Shown: piece by piece, positions 1-12,400 of the stretch | How positions within the stretch are numbered: the stretch's first letter is position 1 | How the letters are laid out: the number at the start of each line of letters is the position of its first letter | Assembly: GCA_050575255.1 (NCBI GenBank) | Contig: JBNZDD010013714.1 | Location: forward strand, 8,183,681 to 8,247,680 | Source of the DNA: Harriotta raleighana | Lineage: Eukaryota | Direction: 5' to 3' | DNA: 64,000 nucleotides | Made by a program: the position numbers and the translations under genes | Notes under the pieces: model-generated | Told to the model about the DNA's origin: nothing | Databases searched by the model: none | What the model saw: only the letters and a program-made list of their open reading frames with translations

Positions 1-3000
1 TGTGTGCTGCTGTTTGTGTCAACTTTCAACATTAATATAAATCCTTTTTATTTTATTTCATTTAAATTAGGTTCAGAATTTTTAATCAAAGCCATAAATT
101 AAACAAGGTCTTTCATTACTTTGAAACGACTAACCGATCGCAACTTTTATTAAAAAATCTGTGTTAAAGTAAGCATGTTAGTTAGGGATTGTCATGTGTA
201 CTCAAAGCCACATGAAGGCTTGATGGTTACTCAGCCGGCTGGCTTTGTTCAGTGTTCATTCTTTTGTCAAGTTTTACCTTCAGTGTGAGAACTCTCTAGT
301 TTGCCTCTAAATACCAAATGTATGTGAATTGGCATGTTTTCCTTGTGATTTTCACATGCCATCACTTGTAGATATTGTGATGCCTCAGCAGGCTGGCACA
401 CTGCTCTGACCATACGCCGAACAGTGCAGTTGAACGTGATGTGATGGTAGCACACTGTGGAAGGAATGGGGCGATACTGAACCTTCAGGTAATCAGGATT
501 GCTGAGTGAGAGATGTGAGAATGGATTTGGAAACCCATCTATTGATGAAATTCAGAATGTTTTAACTCCCTCCCATCACCCCACCCCTCGCTGCCGATCA
601 CTATAAGAGTATTTTAGGAGCAGTTTGCTTAGTGTAATGAAAATGGGGCAATTTCACATTTTCAGAAGATTAGACTTTTTGTCAAAATGCAATGACCTAT
701 TCACAATATTTATTGTATTAATTTTACATAATATTTTGTAGTAATTATGGACATTTATGCAGGTTTATACACTGTTATTACTCAAAGGTCATGGTCGACT
801 GAGTTTTAAAAAATCCCATTTTACCACAAGAAGCTGTTAGAATATTTATTGATCTCAGTAAAGACTTCCATTAACTGACCAATCTAAATTTCATAACACT
901 GTTGTCAGGATAATGTCATGATAGTTATGCATTTCCCTGCTGTCTGCATCTAGCCATTATGTTAGAATGGAAGTGCTGGCTGATGTGGCTGTTAAATTAT
1001 TCCTAAATACCAACCTTAACTGCTTAACAGTTTTGCAATTTGAGACTGACATACAGATGACAATCTGCCATCTCTTTGTTGTTAGATATTAACATATACC
1101 GAGATGGTATTGGTGAGGTGGAAAACCTTAGCGTAAGTGACTTGAACAAAAGGTAGAGAGTGAACTGCTGGTTCGGTGAAACAATAAGCTCGTTTACAGG
1201 CCTTCTCATCACTCCAATATGTTAATGAAAAAATTTGATTTCAGATCACTGGCAATATAAATTCTCCATCTTGGCTTTCTGTTTTTGTGAATGCCAGAAA
1301 GTGCCTTGCTCTTACCCACATCTCCGTTTCTCTCTCTTTCCCCCCTTATCCTTTTGCTTCTTTTGTTTGTTTTAACTTATCTCCATCTGATCCTCTCCTG
1401 CTTTCCTGATTCCATGTCCCCGTCCTCCCTTCTGTTAGATTTCAAAATCAACTTGCATCACAATTTAAATTGGCATAGCATAATGGAGTAATTGGAATCC
1501 CAACAGCTGTCCTCTATGTACAGAGCCTTAGTTTAAAACTAAATTCTAGATGATTTATTGAAATCAGTAAAATGGTATGGCTCAGGCTTGAATTATGCAA
1601 CTGTTTACCCTGTTGGCATTTAGTTTTGATAAAGCCAGAAAATTGCAGCATACCCTTTCTTTGATGACAATTTTTAGTTGATTCACAGCAAATTTAGTCA
1701 ATAATTAAAAAGACTGCTCGCTCCAGATGTGACTATAATGGAACCTTATAAAGCCAGTGAGAAAACAATTGCTTGGAATGAAAGGGGTGGGGAGGTGGTG
1801 GGGGGAGAGAATAGAGAGAGGAAAGAGGGAAAAAAATAGTCAAGAGCACACCTGGGTTTGACAAAGATTACATTTATTGACTGCTTTGCTATCACATTAC
1901 AGTGGCTGAGCCTGAGGAGCAGCTGTAGAGACAGGCCTGAAAAATCGGCATGTAAATGGCACTACATTGTTAACTTAATCAGATGTTGAGGGAAAGATAC
2001 GCCAGACTTTAATGATGATCTATAAACAAGTTCAGCATCGGCAGCAAATTGTCGAGATGGTAGGGGGGCGGAAATATTCTCATATCCCTGGGTGCGGTCC
2101 TGGGGCCATAAATCTGCCTTATTAGGATGCCATAGATTTTGGTACCAAAACTTGCCCAAATCTTTAAGCGCAGCTTTGCTTAACGCTTTCAAATTTGAAA
2201 CCAAATGATTATTCATCAGTCGATGCTTGCCTTTGACCCCATTCCCATTATTGAATTAAAACTGCACAATGTAAACAGAAACCTGCAGTCACTCAGTTTA
2301 TCCAGTCACCTGTGCTCAACAGCCATTTTGTCCAGTCACGCAACACTCTTAATTTTTTCTATAGATTCTGGATTATGATCAATTTCAGAGTGAAAATTTA
2401 ACTTGCGTTGAGTTAAATGCCACATTAAGTATTTGAATAATAATCTCAAAGTTCACAGGATTTTACGTTAAAGTGTCACGACCATGCGCTTAGACACAGC
2501 GCATCACAGTTCCAGTTATAATAATAATCATTTTTTTGTATTTGATAAAGCACCTTACCATGTCATTGAGATGTCTAAAAAGTGTTTCATGGAATGTCTC
2601 GTACTATCACATCTCCCATCATTATATTACAAGTGCCAATGCAATCTCATATACCAAGATGAGGTCAGCATAGATCATGAAACGCAGGAGTGGCTCTTTC
2701 TAAATATTTACCTTTCCTCTAGCCTTTCCATGACTAACTTACACAGTAAACATTGCAACATTGCTGCCTCCAGAGACTCTAAGATGCACTGAGGAGGCAC
2801 CAGGGTCCCTAGTGATCATATTAACACTGATTCAGCAGACCAAATAACTCAGCCTACCTGTACAGGCATAGATACAGTTTCACTTGATGGAAACAGTTTC
2901 ACTTGATCATTTAATGTCCTTCCATAAGACCCACCAAACCATTTCCAATGACAGCATCAAGTTGTTTCAATCAATATACAGTAGTATGCTGGCCTCAAAC

Positions 3001-3679
3001 CTCCTTCTCAATAACCCAGTCCAGTTTACTAAAGAAACAGTCACTGGTACCTGCCCTTACAATGGTCTTTCATCTGTGATCCTAAGTTTCGTCTCCTATT
3101 GCCTTGAGTAACACAAAAAAAATTCCTCAGAGAATTTTCTGCATTTTGCAGAAAAATGGACGACAAGCCTTTCCAGGGGAAGATTGGTCAGGATATCTGT
3201 GGTGACTACAGCTTGAACTAGAATCTACGTAATGGTTCTGTACTTAGAGAACTACAGTAGTAGTGCGCTTTGAGACTTGTTTATCTAGCTATCTGAACAT
3301 TGAAACAGAACGTTGCAGAAATATTGTTTGAAAGTTTTGCAATTTGTATTGTAAACATATTTGTGTTTCACAAAAATCAACCAAAGTATGCCATAAATGA
3401 TAATGCTGATCAGCCTGTGGTGGCTGTAAACCAGATAAATAGTTCTAAGCTATTTTACACAACAAAAAGGAACCGTATACCATAACCTATACGGTTATGT
3501 CTTCCTTCTTGACTGGACAGATTAAGTATAATGTGGGAACTAAACCCAATCAGTGGCTTTATTACTCTATGTTGCAGTTCATCAGTGGTAAAGAATAGAT
3601 ACATGGGAAGAGTGATCACTTGGTGAGTTATTTTAAGTGTGCTCTGGGCAAAAACTCCAAAGGATCTATGACACAAGCC

Positions 3680-3853
3680 TTGCCTCCTTCAAGACCCATC
3701 TCATTCACCATCTCTTTGGTCACCTTCCTACCCCTACTCTTGTTGTCCTACTGATCCCAATCATCAGATTGGGTTCAGATCCCTGTCTCTCCAGTGCTAT
3801 AGGATGTCCTCTTGACATGAAAGATGCGATAGAAATGTAATTAGTTGTTGTTG
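3680..3853 (+). mobile_element. L2-like LINE 3' end fragment
   Basis: Encodes an ...ASFKTHL.. type ORF2 end, then GGATGTCCTCTTGACATGAAAGATGCGATAGAAATGTAA and a (GTT)n tail like the other L2 tails in the window. Confidence 0.6.
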
Positions 3854-5394
3854 TTTTACCAAAATTTAGCAGATTGCAAAATCCATGCAGATGTGATAAG
3901 CAGTGTTTAAAGGTGGCCCACATGTTGCTATATCAGCAAAATACTTTTCTGTTGTCGCAGTAGTTTCAACCCCTTAAAGGCACGATTTAATTGTTCATGT
4001 ATTCATACTAGTGAGTGTAAACACTTTTGAGTGTAAAGAACCTTCCCTAATTAGCTACACTACAATTAAAGGATTCACCAAACTAAATTGAACCCTGTCT
4101 CTGTGCTTACTAGCTGAATTCTTCCACCTGTCACAACAGCGTTTTGTTCAATCTGTTATGCGCAAGTGTTACAGCAATTCTGCGGAGAAAGAGAAAACAG
4201 CAATTATTTCTTACTTTCCCCTTGAATGGCTTATTTTAGACCACATGAAAATAAGGTTGTTGGATCTTAACTATTAGAAATCTAAATTAGTGTAATTGTG
4301 CAAGACACTAAAATATAAAGTGAGGAACATGGAAATCTTCAGGTACCCTTTGACTGGGAAGGTGTATCTGCTGTGGGTGTTTTTGAAATGCACTTCTAAA
4401 TGTTGAGTTAAATTGTTCCATATTGTTAATTCACTTCCAGTCGCACACACACAGATTATGAGACTAGTTGACAACAGACTATTTATACACATTAGTACCT
4501 CATTATAGAATTTTTTTTTCTCTTCAAATGTGTGAGATCTCCTCTTAGCCTTGTGAGCCTGTTACACTCATCTTAACCCACACGCCTTTTATCCGAATCA
4601 TTCTGGCATCTGTATGAGTTAGTTCTGCAGAGCTACTCAACTATGTCAGAATTAGGGGGATAAAAACCTACCTTTTCTCCTTATCCTGATCTTCAGGGAT
4701 GAGCTGAAAGCTGAGCTGCTTGATGACAGTGTCCATAAATTCTGTCAATAACATATTGTTAAACACTGTCAGTGGACCTAAAAGACGGTGTTGTCTTCCG
4801 TGAAAGATGGAAACATGGATATCTGAGGCACAATTATTATGAAAATGTATTCTATATTTGTGGATCTGAAGCACGTTTGTACTAATAAGATGAAATTGTT
4901 TGGATTTTTAGGTAAGAGGCTTCTTTCGTATCTATTACTCACAGACTATTTGCTGTATATTTATTTCCCGTGCTCATTATCTGTCGAACTCTGCAACTCC
5001 AGGACAAAACCAAGAGTGAACATTTGCTGATTGACGTTTGTCTTTTGCCTTTCTTTTCAATTATCTTTTCATCCTAAATCTATCTAGCACTCGCAGAAAC
5101 TTCTCGTCTATCAAAGCTGGCAGTCTGCGAGTGGACAAGCAAGTGGCAGTTCTGCCCATTGTAGATCAGGAAAATCATTTTGAATCCAGAAATTAGTCTT
5201 ACATTGGGGCACACTGGAGCAACCTTCAAGCTACTTTGCATGTTGTTAATCTTGCTGGCATGGGAGAGAAGACATTGGAACCTTATTGGGGTGCTTAGTG
5301 AAAACATTTGCTGAGTCATGGCTCTCTTTTCTCCTTTAATATCAGCATTGTAACTGGAATACCTGACGTTTGAAACACCTGTTGTGTATTTTAG

Positions 5395-5500
5395 AGGAAC
5401 TGCAGGTGCATTCCGTCTCTATATTAACACTTTGTGGAATGAAGTTTCAGTTTGGATTAAGGATGTTGCCTTGCAACTGGGCCCGAGAGTTTCCAAAGTA
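5395..5500 (+). other. Candidate non-coding 5' UTR exon of ZNF536
   Basis: Branch-point-like CTGAC (5363-5367), TGTATTTTAG acceptor ending at 5394, and GTGAGC donor at 5501. Based on splice signals only; no transcript evidence. Confidence 0.3.
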
Positions 5501-5587
5501 GTGAGCAACATAAATTAATGATCTGTATGTATGTAAATAGTAACATGTAAGGGTTGAGCTCAGGCAAGAAATTGGTTGTGGTCGTCA

Positions 5588-5955
5588 ATAACGGTAATGA
5601 AGAAGAAATACGTCATGTACTTGATGTAGCGCCTTTCACATTGACAACAAAGGACTTCACAGAATATACTCACTGTAGTGTCCCACAAACAGCCAATTTT
5701 GTCAATGACCAATTTTGTTTTGGAGTTTGTTGGCCAGTTCTCCTTTGTCTTTTTGAGTAGTGTCATGGGATTCCTAACATCCACCTGAACAGATAGAGGG
5801 GATCTTAGTTTAATGTCTCATCTGAAGGACTGCACCTCCAACAATACAGCACACCTGCAGCACTGCATTTGGGTGTCAGCCAAGACTGTATTGGGCTTGT
5901 ACTCACAACGGTCTGACTCAGAGACAAGAATACTTCAACTGAGCCAGACTGACAC
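5588..5955 (-). mobile_element. Near full-length Deu-domain SINE (family A, GTGTCAG...TGGCTCAG head)
   Basis: The minus strand begins GTGTCAGTCTGGCTCAGTTG (Pol III A box) with a B-box-like GAGTACAAGCC, then a central CTTCAGATGAGACATTAAAC segment, a Deu-like CTGTTTGTGGGAC core and an L2-like tail. Confidence 0.7.
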
Positions 5956-7591
5956 TGGATAACATTTGGAATGCAAAACAACAAACTATCACAGCATCAC
6001 GTATAAATGCCATGAATTAAAGCCCTCATAATGTGAGCTCAGTAATAATTTTTTTACTGCAGTTTTCGCAGTAATAGCCTCAGCTTAAACAGAAATATGC
6101 AAAAAAACATCCACAGCGGGAAAAAAAATCAAAGGGGTTCTTAAGATGGTTGTAATTCTTTGCAACTTTTTTTAAATGAAGCTTAGCGGTTGGACTCCTT
6201 TCTTAAGGGAACTACATTGTATCAGTAAAACATGAACTAACAATGCTGAACTATAATGACTCAATTATTATACCTACAGTCACCTCAGTTTAAAATAAAT
6301 CCAGCAAAAAACAGGTTCACCCATGCACAAGGTGATTACACCAGCCTATTGAGTACTAAAGGGCATATTTATAGATAACCATCTTGAGGACTGAAATGCA
6401 GCAAAATAACAAATAAGCTGATTATCGAGAGAGCAAAACAAAGCATTTTGGTTGCGAATGGAGTTGCCCAGCATACATACCCATTGGCCCAAATAAAAGG
6501 GTACTTGATGAAATGAGATGTTGTCTCATCTGAAGTGCAAGGCTGCGATTTGCGGGTTGCGACTCTGTGATTTACACCACAGAGATGTCACCTATTTTAA
6601 AATTGTATTATGCAATAGATTAATTGTGTCTTAACCGATCGCTGAGGAATATTTACCTTGCAGGCCAGAAAATTCCAAAAGATACTAATGATTGTGCCGA
6701 GATATTTGGTGTCAAGGTTACTCTACTGTTTTATTGTCTGACAGAATTCTTACTTCAGCTTCAAAAATGGTTTATGACAGACTATTCCCATTACTGGTAA
6801 CAAGGCAATCTGCAAAAGTGGATAAGATGCATTATGCATGCGTGGCCTGTGCTGTCAATCACCATTTTTGCCATTTGTGAAAAATTATAGTTCAGTTCTT
6901 TTTTTTTCTTTTTTCTCTCCGTGGTTACCATATTTATCAATAAGCGTGCAGGAAATAGATTTAATTTGCGGAGCAGTTTTTTTTTGAAGGCACTGCTTTT
7001 GTTTTTTTAAGAAGAGCTGGCATTGTGTCAATCGAAACTCACTGACAGAAACAAACCCCTTTTTTGTGAAGGTACAGAAGAGAATATGAGTGTGAATAGT
7101 AAAGTTTGATCGAAAATGCAGCTCCTTTTGTTTTTTTTGAGTGTTTGCGGTTCCCTTCCTGTCAATGTTCTCATTACTATGAGCAGTGTGCATTTTCTCA
7201 GTAAACGTTAACAGCACCAGGCACGTTGCCAGTTCCTTAAAATATTGCTTGAATGCTATTAAAAATGTAAATCACCTATTGACAACTTGGGTTCGTATTC
7301 ACAGCTCCACTGCATTAGTATTGCTTTGAGCTCTGCATTATTTCTTCCTGTTCCAAAAGCTTTTTGAAGGAAATGTTTTCTGGAAAAATATTTTTAACTC
7401 TTATGTTTGCAATATTAATACATTCATCTGCAACCTTGAACTGCAGAGATTATAAAATCCATATTGAGCCTAATTATAATACAATTGATATTACACATAC
7501 GTATTTTTAAAAATTAAGATCGATGTAAACACAAAATTTGCATTGTGAAATGGTACACTAAGCTTCACTGACTTATTGTGTTCTCAGTATT

Positions 7592-7868
7592 ATAACAATA
7601 ATATTCCTTGCATTTGATATAGCACCTTATCACATCTTCTAGAAATCTCAAAGCGCTTCACAGAATATACTATAAAGTGAATTGACTATGTTTTGTGGGA
7701 AAAACCCAGCAGCCAATTGTGCACAGTAGTGTCCCACAAACAGTTGTGGATTGAGTAACCAAATTATTATTATTTACTTATTTAGAAGATATTAGTACCC
7801 CTAAGAAAAAAAAAAAAACAACACTGGCTTGTGAGGCGAATACTCTAACCATTAAGATGCAGGACTCC
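7592..7868 (-). mobile_element. tRNA-headed Deu-domain SINE (family B), internally deleted
   Basis: Tail and Deu core nearly identical to 56803-57113; minus-strand head GGAGTCCTGCATCTTAATGGTTAGAGTATTCGCCTCACAAGC. Confidence 0.75.
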
Positions 7869-8028
7869 ACATTTGTATTGCATTTGGTCTGCTGGCTTCA
7901 GAGGCAACTGAGATTATATTCTATAAATATGATGGTATCACATATTGAAGAAGGGGCTATCTTTATTTAAACATTCTAACCCAGTGACTTCAGGCTACAT
8001 TTGTTTCTAATTGAACCTCAGTTAAATT

Positions 8029-9260
8029 TCATAGAATTATAGAATCATAGAATTTTACGTCTCAAAAGGAGGCCATTCAGTCTATCTAGTCAGTGCCGGC
8101 TCTTTGAAAAGAGCAACTCAATCCCACTGCCCAGCTTTCTCCCCATAATCTAAATAAAGATCTCCCTAAATAAAGATCTAATTCTCTTTTAAAAGCTGTT
8201 ATCGAATCGGCCTTCACCACCTTTTCAGGCAATGCATTTCAGATTCGAATAACCCGCTGAGTGAAACAATTTCTCCTCAGTTCCCCTCTGCCTCATTTTG
8301 AAACTACAGTAAAACCCTGTTTATCCAGCACCCACGGCACCTGGCCAGTGGCAGTTAAATGGTTTTCTGTTTTTTTTTAAAAAAGAAAATATTTTTTTAA
8401 ATTAAAAATTATTTTAACACATACCATATTAATAATAGACTAAATAAAAACATAATAACAAAATTGTATGGGTATTTTATTGTAAATGTTGTACACTGTA
8501 CCATATAAATAATAGACTAAATACACTAATAACAGATACTGTAATAACAGAATATTGTATTAATACTTTTTTATTTACACTTAACTTCTGCAATGTCAGC
8601 CTTGGGCAGAAAACCAAGCGGCAGTAATGCTCTTTTTTTTATTTAAAGGCAGTATCGCGACTTTTTAAAAACACAGCAGTAGCATGACTTTAGGCTCGAC
8701 TAGCGGCCAGCCGAGTACCTGACAATCGATTCATTAAATGCGTCATCAATATTCTGCCGGATAACTTCCGGTTTATCGAATTGCGGCTTTTTTTTTTGAG
8801 GTTCCGGTTCAACGGGGTTTCCAGTTCATCAAGTCAAGGATAAATAGGGTTTTACTGTATTTTAAATTTGTGACCACTAGTCACAGATTCGCCCACCAGT
8901 GGAAACAGTTTTTCCTTATTCACCCTGTCGAATCCCCTCATGATTTTATAAACCTCTATTAGGTCTCCTCTCAACCTTCTCTGTTCCAAAGAAAATAAAC
9001 CTAGCCTATCTAGCCTTTCCCCATAATTGAAGTCCCTCAATCCTGGTATCATTTCCAATGCCTTAACATCCTTTCTATAGTGTGGTGACCAGAATTGGAC
9101 AAAGTACTCCAGCTGAGGCCTAACCAAAGTTTTGTAGAGGTCAGCACTTCCTGACTTTTGTACTCCTATTTATAAAGCCTAGTATCCCATATGCCTTCTT
9201 AACGGCTTTGCCTACCTGTCCTGCCACCTTCAAAGAGTCACTAACACCCAAATTTGGGGG
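8029..9260 (-). mobile_element. CR1 LINE 3' fragment (ORF2 C-terminus + 3' tail), interrupted by a MITE
   Basis: Minus-strand peptides LKVAGQVGKAVKKAYGILGFINR, VRPQLEYFVQFWSPHYRKDVKALE, LGLFSLEQRRLRGDLIEVYKIMRG, TSGHKFKI and, past the MITE, RRNCFTQRVIRI*NALPEKVVKADSITAFKRELD; ATTCTATG-type tandem tail at 8029-8053. Confidence 0.9.
8307..8857. mobile_element. Non-autonomous Tc1/mariner-superfamily (pogo/Tigger-like) MITE, copy 1
   Basis: TIRs CAGTAAAACCCTGTTTATCC / GGATAAATAGGGTTTTACTG (19/20 match), TA on both sides (8305-8306, 8858-8859), AT-rich non-coding interior. Removing it and one TA restores the CR1 reading frame. Confidence 0.9.
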
Positions 9261-9290
9261 ACAACATTCCTTTTTTCTTAGAAACCAGTA

Positions 9291-9983
9291 CAGTAAAACC
9301 TTGTTTATCTGTGACTTGAATAATCGGAAAACCCGTTCAACTGCCATCTCAAAAAAAAGTCCCGATTTGATTAACCGGTGACACATTTAATGTCGGGTCT
9401 AAACTCGTTCCGGGTACTTTTAAAAGTCACTTTTTTTTATACCTCATTCGCATTAGTTGGAGCATGGGCTCCAAAGGGAGCGTGTCTCTCTCTCTCTCCC
9501 CCAATCACAGTCTCTCTCTCTCTCTCTTTCTGAAGCTGAGATGGGGGAAAGCATAATGGAGCGAGAGAGAGAGTAATGGCAGACTGGATGATGCAGAGAG
9601 AGAGGGAGAGAGGAAATGGAGGGTGGGTGGGTGAGGTTTGTGGACAGAATTTATATGATGGATTCAGACTAAATATCTTTGAGGGTCTGTGTGTGTATCT
9701 ATGTGTGTCTGTCTGTGCTGGCCGTTAGTTCTAACCTCGTTGCTTTTTAAAGTTGCGTTTTGTTTTACCTCCGTCGAATCAGTGCAGTGATTGTGAAGTT
9801 AAGTATAAATAATAATGTACTAATAGAATATTCTGTTATTTAGTCTATTATTAATATGGTATGTGTTAAAATAATTTTAAATTAAAAAAAATATATATAT
9901 TTTTTAAAATCTGTTCAACCGGAAAAAACTTTGAACCGCCACTGGCCAGGTCCCATGGGTGCCGGATAAATGGGGTTTTACTG
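9291..9983. mobile_element. pogo/Tigger-like MITE, copy 2 (inverted relative to copy 1)
   Basis: TIRs CAGTAAAACCTTGTTTATC / GGATAAATGGGGTTTTACTG with flanking TA (9289-9290, 9984-9985). About 150 bp at its right end is the reverse complement of the left end of copy 1. The interior has (CT)n and (GA)n tracts. Confidence 0.88.
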
Positions 9984-12104
9984 TAGTATGTTTTTCAATT
10001 GTTTCAATGAAATTAGTGATGAGTTTGTCTTGGTTCCTGGAATTTCTAAATCCTGTTGTGTGAAAAATGGGATTTGGTTAGTGTTAACAACATAGCAGCC
10101 ATTATACCTAAAATTAAATGCAGTTCAGGCGAACAAAGCAACCACCAAGCCAGTTAAATGATATTTTGTCATTCTGAACAGGATGGAAGAAATGTCTTGC
10201 AATCTTGATTGTTGATCCTTTCCTGATCTTTGCCCATCCTCTTGCTTCATTATATCCTGGGCTATTTATCTTTATTTTATTGATATCAGTGTCTTCTTTG
10301 TTCCTCTGATCTTCCTTTTCTTGTTTCTCCCAAGCTCCAAATCTGGAGAAACCTTGTTATTGCTTGGTCGGCTAAATCCGGTGTCTCACCGATCGTGTGG
10401 CATAAAAAGCAGGCTAATCACAAGAGCATTCAGTTGCTGCTGATGTCTGTATACACAGTGCGGCACTGATGTGTACATCCTATGTACAGTCACTTCAGAG
10501 GCACTTCCTACACAGAGCACGTAAGCATGAGACTGTAAATATGTGTAATTGAGAATATTGATGCCCAGTTGCAGAGTTCACTGGAACATCGAGGAAACTT
10601 GATGTTCTGACACTTATCTCCATTCAGGAATGACTGCTGGTGTTGCAGTATGGCACTTTGCTCTGAGTAACTCCTTAATGCTGCAAGATACAACAATCTA
10701 GTTACTGCTGCCATGGCCTCTGTGGGTGCCTGAGAGGTCCCTTGGGACACAATAGGGGAGAGGACTGGAGATCTTCTCTGCCTTCTGCAATTATGTAATT
10801 ACATGGGTAATATAGCCTTGGTGAATCATGAACACAGCCCTCTAACACACCCCATCATCAACCTGAAACTCTCAACTAAATATGGAGACTCTACTTGTTA
10901 CAGTTGACAAATCACGAGTATTCATACCCACAACCAAGGTGTTGTAGCCACTGATAGCTATGTTCCATATTTGCTCCTGAATTTCCATATTTGCTGCCTT
11001 CTTCTTTGCTATGATGCTACCATACTGAGAAAACCCCTCTGTGTATTCCCTCTGTCACTACTGTGGAGATGTCTTGAATTCTCCCCCTTCATTAAGCTCA
11101 ATAACTCCGGCTCTGACCTGGAGTTAAATATTCACTTTACAATAAGCCTTCTCAGCTGTGCAATGTTGCAGAAGTTTTGGCCTCTAACAAGGTCTCAATA
11201 AGCAACGGTGGCCTTTTTCCTCCTTTTTCCTGGAACATTTGAACTGCACTTCACAAGGAGTAAGAATCCTGATAGTAGCACTAAAGACAGGTGAATTCCC
11301 AGTCCTGTTTATTCACGCCAACTTTGTCGCTTAAAATTAGCCAACACAAAAGTCCTCAAAGTTTTAGGTAAACCTATTATTTTGTACAAATATTAACGTC
11401 TCAATTTACAAGTCTCTTGGAAACATCTGTACATGACCAGGGAAATGTTCTTTGTAAATATTTAGGAACAGAACCAGGATTTTTAAAACATATTTCAGAT
11501 AGCAGCATAACTTCTTCCAAAGCACTCAAGGAAGCTGCAGGTGCTGTCACTGTCTGATATAGAGGATGCATGTCAGAAGCTCATGTCAGAAAGAAAAATA
11601 AATCACAGAGTGAAGTTGACTGCACAGCGCTGCACTGCAGGTGTGATTAACTGATGTTGCCTCAGTCACAAGTTGTTTGTTTTCCAGTAAACTGCTGGTT
11701 CACAACCTGCCTTCTATTTATTCAATAGACATTAAAAGCCATTTTAATTTTATTCACTTTTCGCCATTTCCACGTGTATTCATTGCTTGTAGAGTGGTAC
11801 GTTTGAAATGTATCTACATTCAGAATCAAAGCTCATGAAAAATACAGGTGGCACCATTTTGTGAGTTCATATTTTTAAGGAGATGTTTAGATTTCCAAAT
11901 ACCTTTATTGAAATGTGAAAAGGCAAGGAAGGATCAGAACAGTTTTGGTGTCTTAAATCAATTTTTTTTTTGCTGTTTTTGGTTTCCATTATTTTTAACC
12001 AGAGGAAAAAAAGTATTTTTTTTGTGTTTGCTCAAAAGTAGAATTCCAGAATGTGTGACTGTCATACACATTACACATTAAATGGCTTGTCCTATGTTGT
12101 GCAT

Positions 12105-12400
12105 GTAATCATTGCATATGATTTAGCGCTTCTCCTATTTTCAAGATGTCTCAAAGTGCTTCACACAATATACTGTAAAATTAATTGACATTTTGTGGGT
12201 GCAACCCATGTGTGTGATGCATGTCATTTGTATGGAATTGTGCCAGTGTGTGTGCATTATGTACGGTCAATATTGTGTGTATGTATATTGTGGGATTGTG
12301 TGCATGCAAGGAATTGTGTGTGTGTGTGTAGAATTGAGTATGGGTGCATGTGTAATTGTTTGTGTGTGTGTTTGAGTGTATGTGTAATATGTGTGACAAA
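12105..12400 (-). repeat. SINE/L2-type tail fragment followed by a TG-rich low-complexity repeat
   Basis: ...GATGTCTCAAAGTGCTTCACACAATATACTGTAAAATTAATTGAC matches the SINE tail; 12200-12400 is degenerate (TG)n with recurring GGAATTGTGTG. Confidence 0.7.

Noticed and set aside
8852-9386. 91-aa and 81-aa minus-strand ORFs as host genes
   Set aside because: They are fragments of CR1 ORF2 with frameshifts, stops and MITE interruption.
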